From Paraspadella gotoi (taxonomy: Eukaryota > Animalia > Chaetognatha): a DNA stretch of 64,000 nt. How positions within the stretch are numbered: position 1 is the stretch's first letter; every line of letters starts with the position of its first letter. Under the pieces are notes generated by a model. It had not been told where the DNA came from and did not search any database. It saw nothing but the letters and a program-made list of their open reading frames with translations. The translations under genes and the position numbers were made by a program. Of this stretch, positions 1 through 11,200 are shown piece after piece. The stretch is taken from contig JBJCIZ010000631.1 of assembly GCA_051294375.1 (NCBI GenBank), forward strand, positions 82,665 to 146,664, written 5' to 3'.

Positions 1-2691
1 CGATATTACGGCGGATAACGTTATATTTCGTCATATTTCGTTACGCCTCCGTAATATTGCGTTATGTTGACTCATCGATATTTTCCCTACGCGGCCATCG
101 AGCGATCTCGATGCATCGACGATGGCGACCGTAAGCCACGCCCTTTTTCTCACGCGTGCGAATTTTTCCCCAAATTTTCCCACGTGTGTAAATGCACGTT
201 ACATCCGGTTTCGCCTGCGTGCGACGACACTTCCGGTTCGTGGTGGACGCTCGGATCGTGACGACGATTACGGGTTAAAGCTACGAATTTCGAAAGTTGC
301 GTCGGGCGTAGAGAAGCTTGATACGGCGGACATTTCTGAGAATAAGTGGCGTGCTTACGTTTTTTCTTAATATTTTTTAGTTTTAAATAAATATTTATTT
401 TTTTTGGATAATATTGTTATTTTGTATGTTTGGTTTTCGGAAGGTTAACCTCAACTTTCAATCGATCGTACGGCCTCGAATTATCTCGGGATAAAGTGTT
501 ATTTTTCATCATGCCTTTTTCCCCAGATCTTCGCGACTTTACGCTCGGGAGAAATTTGAGATTTTCCCCCCGTTTCCCCCAAGCATTACAAATTAACTAC
601 GACGTAGTACTCCCTTTGTATTTTTTGCTAAATTTTTTTTTGTTTTTTGAAAAATTGTTTTTCTTTTGTACGAACAGGTTCGTCCCTCTCCGTTCGTGCG
701 GGGGGAACGGCCAATTTTTCGATATGAAATATTTAGTATTTTTTAAAAAATCTTTAGCTTTTAAAAATACTTTGTTCGTTTTTTAGAAAATTTAATATTT
801 TTCGTTTTTAGTATTTAGTCCTTAACCCACGAATTTACAAAGTTTATTTTTAGATTTTTATTTTTAGTATGAACTTGACGTCGTCACACTTGTACGTTTG
901 TCGGGTTCGTCTTAAGGGTTTTTGAATGAGTTGAGAAAAAGGTAAATTGAGTCAAGGTCAAGGTTTTTGGTTGAGTGAGAGGAGGAACAAAACCAACGCT
1001 CGCCAAAGCGTGTCTTTCCCGACCAGGACAAGACGGAAAGACGAAACCCTCTTCGGAGCGGTGTTGCAAACCACCCCACTGCTTAAAAACACCCCATTCG
1101 TCCCATTTTTGTATTTATTTAGTTTGTCTTATTTTTGGTAGCTCAGAGGAGAGGCGACAAAGTAGAGTAGGATAAGGAAAATATAGATTATCTCTCTTTG
1201 GATAATTTATATTTTTCATAGTTTACCCCTAATATTTTTTTCGCTTTTTTGTAAATATTTTTTGCCTCAATTTTCGAAATCTCTTGACGGACGGAGTTTC
1301 GTGAGTCGACGCGCAAAAATTACAACTTTAGGCTTTCGGAGCGACGGCCAACTCTGTCCATGGCTGTCTCCCTGCGCGCCGCTTCAGGCGGGCGGCTTTT
1401 CCTTGCGTATAACTGGTTCCGTTCAGAATTGGTTGGAAAAAGTCGTCGGGAACTCCGAAGTTTTTCGAAATTCGGTAACGAAAGGTTGTTTTTGTTAACC
1501 AACCGTTTTTTCTCCGCGGTAAAGCGACCTTACCGAAACCCCCTTTATATTACTTACCCGTCCTTACGTTTGCGTCCCGGCTTTCTTTGGCATGTCAGCT
1601 AGTTCGTAATCGTTCTGACTTTGTACGTCTCATTTTTTGTGTCTTTTCTCCCTTTAAAATAAGATAGCAGGGAGCTGGAACAGGGAGCCAGCGATAAAAA
1701 GGTTTATCATGTTATTGCTTGTTTTGCTTTTTGGCAGGGTTTGAGGGTCTCGCCCCATCCGTAGTCTTATAGTTTTACCTTGCCGAAATATTGCTCTTGT
1801 TGCTTCGGCATTCGGATGCTTAAAGCAAAAATAAACCAATAAAATAACTTCCTTTAACGCTATTTAGATACTGATTATGTTCCTTAGTGTATTTGATTTT
1901 TAGGTGTACGTATTTTTCGGGTTTAGTATTTGATAGAATTGATTTCGTTTTTAGGTTTAGTCAAATATTTTTTCTTTTGCCAACCTACTACGACATAAGG
2001 TAGATAAGACTTGTCAATTCATTTTATTTCATGAAATTGTTACAACCTTTACGTTTAGTACAGATTGATCCAAGATTTAGTACAATTAGATTTCGTCTCT
2101 ATTTACTATTTTTTTCCCGTAGGCTCAGTCTAAGGTTTTTCGTGTTGTAGTATGGTTGTGCGTCTCTAACATGGTAAGGAGACGAATGTTCACAGATCTT
2201 CATAAAGTTAGGTCTTTCGCATCGGAGGGCTTCATCAAGGATCGTTGAAGGATGTTGTATGCGTGCCTGATGTGCCTGAAGTATGTGTCGATCCTTTATG
2301 CGGTTACCTGCGGTAAGAGAAATTTGAATTTTTGAAGATTTTTTCTGTGACTTTCGGTTTCGGTTCTTCGTGATTGGGAAATTCACCTTTTGGCTTCGCC
2401 AGGATCGTTTGAAGGTTGACGGGTTGAAATCGTTCCTAGTCAGTTCGATTTTAACTTGAAAATACGATTTCGTTCCTGCGGGGGACCGAAAGATGTGTTT
2501 CAGAAAGCGTGTATATCGCTTCGCCATGATCGAATACCACTAGTTTACCTTTACGGTTCCTTTTGGAATTCGGATCGGTCCCGGCGGTGCCGTATTGTCC
2601 TTACAATTCGGGCTGCCACTAATATTCACGTTTCTGACGTCGGTTGACTGCCGTCGAAAGATTCGGGTGGAAAATATGTCGAGTTCGGAGA

Positions 2692-2790
2692 TCGGCCACC
2701 GGGGTCAGTTGCAACCGGTCTTCGTGATTCGACCTAAGTAAATTAGTATATCAAGTTCAAATTCGGCCACCGGGGTCAGTTATAACCGGC
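2692..2790. repeat. Two ~27-bp direct repeats about 71 bp apart
   Basis: tcggccaccggggtcagttgcaaccgg (~2692) and tcggccaccggggtcagttataaccgg (~2763). Confidence 0.85.
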
Positions 2791-3640
2791 TTTGTACTTC
2801 GATATAAGGCCTATATGTTTAGTATTGCTTCAGAGTATTTATAGTATTAATGCCCGAAGATAGCCGAAAATCATTGAGAATTTTAATAGTCAGTTAGCCA
2901 GTTAGAGTAGTTAGTCCCAATGTTTCATTCCCCCCTGCCTTGTGTCAAATTTTTTCTAGGTTCTTTATTGTGTCTTTTTCAGTTAGCGGGCAAACGTTTT
3001 AAAATGTCAGAATGAAGTCCAGTTTTTTAGTGTTTTTCGTTTTACACGGTCGTCTTGCGGCTTAACCGAAGCGCGCCGTTTCAAGTTTTCATTTTTACTT
3101 TTTATTTTGCGAGTCAGGTTTCGTACGTTTCGGCTATCGTCACACGGCGCCTTGCAACTTCGCGGGGTAGATGAGCTGTATCTTCGGCCGTCTTCGTGAT
3201 CCGTTCGTACTAGTCGAACTTCAAAATTCTGTTCAGGGTCAAAGAGTAAATTAGATTTTACGACTTAATCGTAGCTTTATTCCATCTCGCACGATTTAAT
3301 CTATTTGAATATTTGTACCCCCTTCGACTTCGTCTCGTCTCGTCTCGTCTCGTCATTGATACTTGAATTAAAACGCGTGTGGAGGAGGGTTAGCGCCGGT
3401 CAGTTGTCGTCTGTCGTCGCTGCCCATCTGTCCGTTCGACCGTTTTATAAGAAGAATGATTCTGCTTGGAGGAATTTGCAACGTTTTTTAGGCTTAACAA
3501 GTCCTGGGCGCATTTTTTGCATACTCAGCATTTTAAAATTTCTTCCTCTCTTCTTTCCATCCCCCTGCGACCGGATATTTTAGATTGTTATTTCTAGACA
3601 TGCTCAGGTATTTGGAATGCTTTTGGCATGCCCAAATAGC

Positions 3641-3930
3641 GGGGGGTGTTACGAAATAACTATCTATATATCACGAAGAAATCCAGCTTCTCCACCTTTT
3701 CCCGATGCTCTTTTGTCTTTTTTACTGACGCAAGAATTGCCAGCTTTCCAGCGATTACAGAGACATCTTTTGGTTTAGACTTTTGTTATATATATATACT
3801 AAAGTACAGATTCCGTGGCGGATTCTAATTGGTTCATCGGATTTCGATAGATTTTAATTACGATTTATCGATATGAACCAATAGATCTGTCATTCTTGCA
3901 CTTTTCAGTTCTCTGAAAATCTCGGAATCT
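3641..3930 (+). mobile_element. Possible polypurine tract plus start of an LTR (truncated)
   Basis: A G6 run (3641-3646) is immediately followed by TGTTACG, the PPT/TG pattern of LTR retrotransposon 3' LTRs. No matching ...AACA end or second LTR was found. Confidence 0.25.
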
Positions 3931-4400
3931 TTAGTTTTTAGAAACTATTTGAAACTTGATACAGCAACGATTTTATTTTATTGTACAGACAAGTTCGGCT
4001 TTCATTCAAGCCTTCATCAGTGCTTTGACAATTCACAATTTTCATGTTTTCCAAATTAACTTGGAAGAGAGAGAGAGAGAGAGAAAGAGAAATAGAGAGA
4101 GAAGAAATGGCCAACAAAGATATGAGACAGGACAGTGGTGAAATGTGAGGACAGGTTTAAAGTTAGTAGAGAGAGAGAGAGAGGGGAGTCTGTAAATTCC
4201 CGTTGCAAAACAGGCGAAAACAGACCACCGCCCGCCTCGCCAACAGGCGAGACGAGGGCCGTCGGCAGGTTTATCAGGCCTGAGAGATATTTGAGTTGCA
4301 CTTGGCCTCTTTCCGCCTGGGTCTCTACCGGACCCGTCCATGTCCGCACTCCACCACAATAGCCTCTCAGCCTATGACAAACCAATGACCCGACCACATC
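3930..4400 (-). mobile_element. 3' end (pseudo-LTR region) of a Penelope-like retroelement
   Basis: The minus strand reads CTGATGAAGGCTT-gaatga-AAGCCGAACTTGTC followed by AATAAAATAAAATCGTTG. This is homologous to the hammerhead and AATAAAATCGTTG tail at 32966-33026 that adjoins a PLE ORF fragment. Upstream GC-rich sequence has only weak EAI/RDPG-like remnants. Confidence 0.6.
3984..4025 (-). ncRNA. Minimal type I hammerhead ribozyme motif, slightly degenerate
   Basis: CUGAUGA core (revcomp tcatcag at 4014-4020), an extra A, stem II GGCUU/AAGCC, GAAC (one A short of GAAAC), GUC triplet, and a 3-bp stem I gca/ugu. Confidence 0.65.
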
Positions 4401-4881
4401 GTCAACATCCCCCCATTGTTGACCCGGGGGGGGGGGGCCAGCTCATTTTGAGCTTTTTCTTTTTTCTTATTTTCTCTTACTCTTTCCACTTACCTATCCC
4501 TCAACATCTTTATTTCAATTTCATCTAAACTTCACTCCTTCAATTATTAGATTTATCTTGAATTAATTTAAATATTTAGTTTGTTTAAAGTCTGTCTACT
4601 TATTTATTAATTTACCATTGTTTACATTTTCTAATGTAACTTTTCTTACCAAATGTTAACCTAAGTTGTTAGTTCATTCAAATAGCGATGTCGCCGGCGA
4701 TTCCGCACGAGTTGCAGGTTGGGTTCTAGTTGGTTGGCGACTTCGCCATGGCGATATCGCCAGGGCTTTGGGCATGTCGCCAAGTCCCCCCACTGGCGAC
4801 CTCGCCAGTGATAAAAGTAGCGAATATAATGAAAAAGCGCAGCTAAACACGGGATGAGCATCACCTCAGGCTCCTCTCCCA

Positions 4882-5787
4882 CCCTAACCCTAAACAAACC
4901 TCCCGTTCAACTCTGTGCCTCTCCCTAACCCTAACCCGGGCCTTGGGCCTCCGTACATCTCCATGCCTCAACCCTAACCCTAACCGCCTTGATGCATCAA
5001 CCACGGCCCCTCCCCCAACCCTAACCCTAAACAAGCCTTCCGTTCAACTCTGTGCCTCTCTCCCTAACCCTAACCGCAGGCTCAGCCCCCGTACATCTCC
5101 GTGCCTCAACCCTAACCCTAACCGCCTTCGATGCATCAACCATGGCCCCTCCCCACCCTAACCCTAAACTAAGCCCCCGTTCAATCCCTGCCTCTCCCCT
5201 AACCCTAACTCAGGCCCAGCCTCCCGTACATCTCCGTGCCTCAACCCTAGCCTAACCGCCCTTGATGCATCAACCATGGGTCTCCCGCAACCCTAACCCT
5301 AAACCAAGCCTCCCGGTCAACTCCATGCCTCTCCCTAACCCTAAACCAGGCCGGCCTCCCGTACATCTCCGTACCTCAACCCTAACCCTAATTGCCTCGA
5401 TATATAACCCACGGGCCTCTCTCCCAACCCTAACCCTAACCGGTGCCCAGGCCTCCGTACATCTCCATACCTCAACCTCTAACCCTAATTGCCTTCGATA
5501 TATAACCACGGGCCTCTCTCCCAACCTAACCCTAACCGGGCCCAGGCCTCCCGTACATCTCCGTGCCTCAACCCTAACCTAACGCGGGCCTCTTGGTCAT
5601 TCAACAACACCCTCCCTACCCCTATCCCTAAAATTGACATTAATAATAAGCCTAAAATAAACTTAACTTAACTCAACCCTAACCCTAAACTACTCACACC
5701 CTAACCCTAAACTACTCAACCTAACCCTATACTACTACCTACTCAACCCTAACCCTAAACCCAACTCACCCCTAACCCTAACCCTAA
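4882..5787 (-). repeat. Telomere-motif higher-order minisatellite, left arm (C-rich on +)
   Basis: Subunits of 41-49 bp each begin ccctaaccctaa: A (..cccgttcaactctgtgcctct), B (..ccgtacatctccgtgcctcaa) and C (..gatgcatcaaccacggccc). They run roughly (ABC)4-BC-B with a ~137-bp period, followed by ~20-bp actcaaccctaaccctaaact units at 5670-5787. Confidence 0.9.
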
Positions 5788-5952
5788 TCTGAGTTTATTT
5801 TAGGCGAAATCGCCATAACTAGAACGCTAGATGTAGTTCAGTGCGAAATCGCCAAATCGCGACTTAGCCATGACGCCCTCGCCATTTGGCGTTTAGCTGT
5901 GAACTACATCTAGCGTTCTAGTTATGGCGATTTCGCCTAAACTAAACTCAGA

Positions 5953-6846
5953 TTAGGGTTAGGGTTAGGGTTGAGTTGGTTTTAGGGTTAGGTTGAGTAG
6001 GTAGTAGTTAAAGTTAGGGTTGAGTAGTTTGAGGGTTAGGGTTGAGTAGTTTAGGGTTAGGGTTAGGGTTGAGTTAAGTTAAGTTTATTTTAGGCTTATT
6101 ATTAATGTCAATTTAGGGATAGGGTAGGGAGGGTGTTGTTGATGACCAAGAGGCCCGTTACGGTTAGGGTTGAGGCACGGAGATGTACGGGAGGCTGGGC
6201 CCGGTTTAGGGTTAGGGTTGGAGAGAGGCCCGTGGGTTAATATTCGAAGGCAATTAGGGTTAGGTTGAGGTATGGAGATGTACGGGAGGCCTGGGCCGGT
6301 TTAGGGTTAGGGTTGGGAGAGAGGCCCGTGGGGTTATATATCGAAGGCATTATCTTAGGGTTGAGGTACGGAGATGTACGGAGGCCGGCTGATTAGTTAG
6401 GGGAGAGGCATGGAGTTTTTGAACGGGAGGCTTGGTTTAGGGTTAGGGTTGCGGGAGGGACCATGTTGATGCATCAAAGGCGGTTAGGGGTTAGGGTTGA
6501 GGCACGGAGATGTACGGGAGCTGGGCCTAGTTAGGGTTTGGGAGAGGCATGGAGTTGAACGGGAGGCTTAGTTAGGGTTAGGTTGGGGGAGGGCCCATGG
6601 TTGATGCATCGAAGGCGGTTAGGGTTGAGGCACGGAGATACGAGGCTGAGCCTGGGTTAGGGTTAGGGAGAGGCACAGAGGTGAACGGAAGGCCTTTGGT
6701 TTAGGTAGGTTGGGGAGGGCCGTGGTTGATGCATCAAAGGCGGTTAGGGTTAGGGTTGAGGCATGGAGATGTACGGGAGCCCAGGCCCGGGTTAAGGGTT
6801 AGGGAGAGGCACAGAGTTGAACGGGAGGTTTGGTTTAGGTAGGGTT
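5953..6846 (+). repeat. Telomere-motif higher-order minisatellite, right arm (TTAGGG on +)
   Basis: Mirror image of 4882-5787, with paired ttagggttaggg motifs separated by the reverse-complement A/B/C subunits. Confidence 0.9.
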
Positions 6847-7061
6847 GGGAGAGGAGCCTGAAGGTGATGCTCATCCCCGTGTTAGCTGCGCTTTTCATTT
6901 ATTTCGCTACTTTATAACTGGCGAGGTCGCAGTGGGGACTGGCGACATCGCCAAAAGCCCTGGCGATATCGCCGTGGCGAAGTCGCCAACCAACTAGAAC
7001 CACATCTGCAACTCGTGCGTGAATCGCCGGCGACATCGCTATTTGAATGAACTACAACTTA

Positions 7062-7206
7062 GGCTCCGTCAAAAATTTTTTTCGGCTCCGGCTACCACGG
7101 CTCCGCACGGCACGCTCGGCAAAAAATTTCTTGGCTCCGGCTCCGGCAAAAAAAGCTCGGCTCCGGCGGCTTCAGCTCCGGCTCCGGCTCCGGCTCCACA
7201 TCCCTG
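7062..7206. mobile_element. One end of a hAT-like MITE with GGCTCC subterminal repeats
   Basis: About ten ggctcc motifs end in ...ggctccacatccctg (revcomp CAGGGATGTGGAGCCGGAGCC). The CAG(G/T)G terminus is typical of hAT TIRs. The opposite end was not found. Confidence 0.55.
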
Positions 7207-7277
7207 CGTAGTACTAAGCTTTAGAACCGGCGCACAGTGAGATCCTGGGCCTGAATTTTTCAGAAAAATCCCGTTCA

Positions 7278-7442
7278 ATTAAAAATAATTTTTTATTATA
7301 TATTAATAATAAAAATAATTTTTAAAAAACTTATTTGAATATTAAAATAATTAAAAAATAATTTTGTATAATTTTAAATAAATAAAACAAAATTATTTTA
7401 TAATAAAATATATATTATTATTAGATTATATATTAATAATAA

Positions 7443-7483
<41 letters not shown>

Positions 7484-7920
7484 TTAAAAAAATTAAATTA
7501 AAAAATAAAATATTTATATTTTATTTATTATTATTATTTTATTATTATTATTACTTTTATTAATAATAATAATAATAAAAATAATAATTATAATTAAAAA
7601 ATAAAATTAAAAAATAAAATATTTATATTTTATTTATTATTATTATTCTATTATTATTATTAATATTATTATTATTATTAAAATAAAAAAAATAAAATTT
7701 TTTTGATTTATTATATTTAATATGATTATTATATTTTATTAAAATTAAAATTTTTTTTTAATTTTATATTTTTTAATTATACCATGATAGAAAAAAAATT
7801 TAATATATAGTACTACCTTTCTCAGATTGAATGAAATGTTCATTTTTAATATTATAATTATATTTATATAAATATTTTTATATATTATAAAATAATATAA
7901 AAAATTTAAAAATTTATTTT
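7278..7920. repeat. Extremely AT-rich low-complexity tract
   Basis: Almost only A/T, with alternating (AAT)n and (ATT)n blocks. aaaaataaaatatttatattttatttattattattat occurs at ~7501 and ~7612. Confidence 0.9.
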
Positions 7921-8158
7921 TCTAGCATTCGGGACTCACAAGCAACACTGTGCGACGATTTTTGTTTTTAATAAGTTTTTATTGGACGTTTTTTTAATTT
8001 TGCATTATATTGAGAAAACACTTTTGAATTAAGCCCGCGCTCTACCTGATTTGAATAGTAAAATCAATACAGTTTCTGTCAATTGTGTTCAAAATTGAAA
8101 AAAATGAAGGCTTGCCTGTGCAGTTTTCACCTAAACAACCAGTTCATTTGATTGCTTT

Positions 8159-8258
8159 NNNNNNNNNNNNNNNNNNNNNNNNNNNNNNNNNNNNNNNNNN
8201 NNNNNNNNNNNNNNNNNNNNNNNNNNNNNNNNNNNNNNNNNNNNNNNNNNNNNNNNNN
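8159..8258. other. Assembly gap (100 N)
   Basis: N run. Confidence 1.
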
Positions 8259-11200
8259 AAGTTGTTATCTCTTTGAAATATCGTCTTCCGGTGTATTTAA
8301 ACGTTTTATTACTTTTTACTTTAGAAAAGTCGTTTATCGGGTGATTTTTTAACTCTTTTTACATTGGAAAAAGTTTGCCCTTTTTTTTAGTTTTTATTTC
8401 TTTTTACAATGAAAAATCGTTTTCTGTTATTTTGAAGTTTTCATATCTTTTACTTTGAAAATATCGTTTTTCCGTGTTTTCGAAATTTTTATCTCTTTTT
8501 ACATGGAAAAGCGTTTTCTTTGTTTTTAAAGTTTTTATCTCTTTGAAATATCGTCTGGCGGTGTATTTAACGTTCTTATCTCTTTTTACTGTTAGAAATC
8601 GGTTATCGGTGTTTTTTAACTCTTTTTACATTGGAAGAAAATCGTTTTGCGGTTTTTTTAAAGTTTTTATTTCTTTTATATTGGAAAATATCGTTTTCTG
8701 TGATTTTAAAGTTTTCATATCTTTTTATCAGAGAAAAGTCCTTTTCTGGTGTATTTAACGTTTTTATCTATTGAGAGTGAGAGAAAGCTACATAAAATTG
8801 AAGAGAAAAGAGAGAGAAAAGGAGACATAAAAATAAAGAGCGAAATTTGTTTGTTTTTGATAAAACGTATTAAAAAGATATTTAATAACTGTCCTCACCC
8901 AATTTTAAAAACCTCGATGATGTATTTGCAGAAGTATTAACGTTTTTATTTCTTTTTTCTTGAAATATCGTTTTCGGTGTTTTAGAAATTTTTTATCTCT
9001 TTTTACATTGATAAAAGCGTTTTTCTTTTTTTTAAGTTGTTATCTTTTGGAAATATCGTCTGCCGGTGTATTTAATGTTTTTATCACTTTTTACTTTAGA
9101 AAGTCGTTAATCGTTTTTTTTAACTCTTTTTACAATGGAAAAATCGTTTGCCGGTTTTTTTAAAGTTTTTATTCTTTTTACATTGGAAAAAAATCGTTTT
9201 TCTGTATTTTTAAAGTTTTCATATCTTTATCAGAGAAAAAGTCGTTTTCTGTGTATTTAACGTTTTATCTATTGAGAGTGAGAGAAAGCTACATAAAATA
9301 AAGAGAAAAGAGAGAGAGAGGAGACATAAAAATAAAAGAGAGGAAATTTGTTTGTTTTGATAAAAACGTATTAAAAGATATTTAATAATTGTCCTCACCA
9401 ATTTTAACAACCTCGATGATGTTATTTGCAGAAGTAATTTAACGTTTTTTATTTCTTTTTTCTTTTAAATATCGTTTTCCGGTGTTTTAGAATTTTTATC
9501 TCTTTTACATTGGATAAAAGCGTTTTCTTTGTTTTTAAAGTTGTATCTCTTTGTTTTCTGTTATTTTTAAGTTTTCATATCTTTTTACAGAGAAAAAGTC
9601 GTTTTCTGTGTATTTAACGTTTTATCTATTGAGAGTGAGAGAAGCTACATGAATAAGAGAAAAGAGAGAGAGAAGAGACATGAAAATAAAAGAGAGGAAT
9701 TTCTTTGTTTTGATAAAACGTATTAAAAATATTTAATAATAACTGTCCTCACCAATTTTAACAACCTCGATGATGTTATTTGCAGAAGTATTTAACTTTT
9801 TATTTCTTTTTTCTTTGAAAATATCGTTTCCGGTGTTTTCGAATTTTTATCTCTTTTACATTGGAAAAAGCGTTTTTTCTTTGTTTTTAAAAGTTGTTAT
9901 CTCTTTGGAAATATCGTCTGCCGGTGTATTTAACGTTTTATCACTTTTTACTTTAGAAAAGTCGTTTGTCGTGTTTTTAACTCTTTTTACATTGGAAAAT
10001 CGTTTGCCGTTTTTTTTAAGTTTTTTATTTCTTTTACATTGGAAAAAAATCTCTTTTTACAGAGAAAAGTCGTTTTCTGGTGTATTTAACGTTTTTATCT
10101 ATGAGAGTGAGAGAAAGCTACTAAAATTAAAAAGAAAAAGAGATGAGAAGGAGACATAAAAATAAAGAGAGGAAATTTGTTGTTTGATAAAACGTAAAAA
10201 AAAACATATTTAATACCTGTCCTCACAATTTAACAACCTCGATGATGTTATTTGCAGAAGTTTTTAACGTTTTTATTTATTTTTTTTTTTGAAATATCGT
10301 TTTCCGGTGTTTTCTACGTTTTTATTCTTTTACATTGGAAAAGCGTTTTTCTTTGTTTTTAAAGTTTTTATCTAGTATTGAAGAAGTATTTTACTGATGT
10401 TTTCAACGTTTTTATCTCTTTTCACATTGGAAAAGTCGTTTGCCGGTGTTTTTTACGTTTATTCTTTTACATTAGAAAAAGCGTTTTTCTTTGGTTTCTA
10501 AAGTTTTTTTCTCTTTTTATATTGGAAAAGTCGTTTTCGGTGTTTTTAACGCATTTATTTATTACATTGAAAAAATATTTTTGTTTTGATATTTTTTACA
10601 AAAAAAGTCGTTTTTTGATGTTTTTAACGTTTTAGCTTTTTTACATAGGAATAGTCGTTTGACGGTTTTTCACGGTTTATTTTTTTTATTGGAAAGTCGG
10701 TTTGCCAAAGTTTTTAACGTTTTTATCTCTTTTTACATTGGGAAAAGCGTTTCTTGTTTTAAAGTTTTATCTCTTTGGAAAAGTCGTTTGCTGGTTGTTT
10801 TTACGTTATTATCTCTTTTACATTATAAAATCGTTTATCGGTTTTTTTTCTCTTTTTACATTGGAAAAATCGTTTGCCCGGTTTTTTAAAGTTTTTATTT
10901 CTTTTTATATTGGAAAAGAAGTTTGCTAGCGTTTTAACGTTTTTATCTCTTTTTACATTGGAAATGTCGTCTGCCGGTGTAATTTTAACGTTTTATCTCT
11001 TTTTACATTGGAAAAGTCGTTTGTCGATGTTTTTAATTATTTTTATTGAAAAAGTGTTTGCCGAAGTTTTAGGTTTTATTTCTTTTTACATTGAAAATAT
11101 CGTTTGCCGGTGTTTTCTACGTTTTTATCTCTTTTTTACATTGGAAAAGCGTTTTTCTTGTTCTAAAGTGTTTATCTTTTTTATATTGAAAAGTCGTCTG

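Larger units (their letters stand above)
4660..7063. mobile_element. 2.4-kb foldback (long inverted-repeat) non-autonomous element
   Basis: 4660-5840 is the reverse complement of 5900-7063, apart from small, mostly indel, differences, with a 59-bp spacer at 5841-5899. Ends: cctaagttg(t)tagttcattcaaatagcgatgtcgccggcga ... tcgccggcgacatcgctatttgaatgaactacaacttagg. A TA duplication is possible at 4662-4663 and 7060-7061. Flanks are unrelated and there is no transposase ORF. Confidence 0.85.

Noticed and set aside
1135-1152. tRNA-iMet-like primer binding site (TGGTAGCtcAGAGGA)
   Set aside because: It needs a 2-nt insertion and is not preceded by an LTR-like ...CA end.
2099-2527. 142-aa minus-strand ORF
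   Set aside because: It has no recognisable domain or motif and no supporting gene structure.
4882-5580. CRISPR-like array (repeat plus spacers)
   Set aside because: The intervening segments are themselves repeated in ABC order, the repeat is only 12 bp, there are no cas genes, and the context is eukaryotic.
5841-5899. Missed sequencing-adapter (fold-back read) artefact
   Set aside because: The spacer does not resemble a SMRTbell adapter, it shares motifs with the element ends, and the symmetry stops sharply at motif-rich termini. This is disfavoured, but only read data can exclude it.
4660-7063. Telomere-telomere fusion site or true telomere
   Set aside because: The orientation is CCCTAA then TTAGGG (a fusion gives the reverse), motifs occur mostly in pairs within longer units, and non-telomeric arms extend on both sides.
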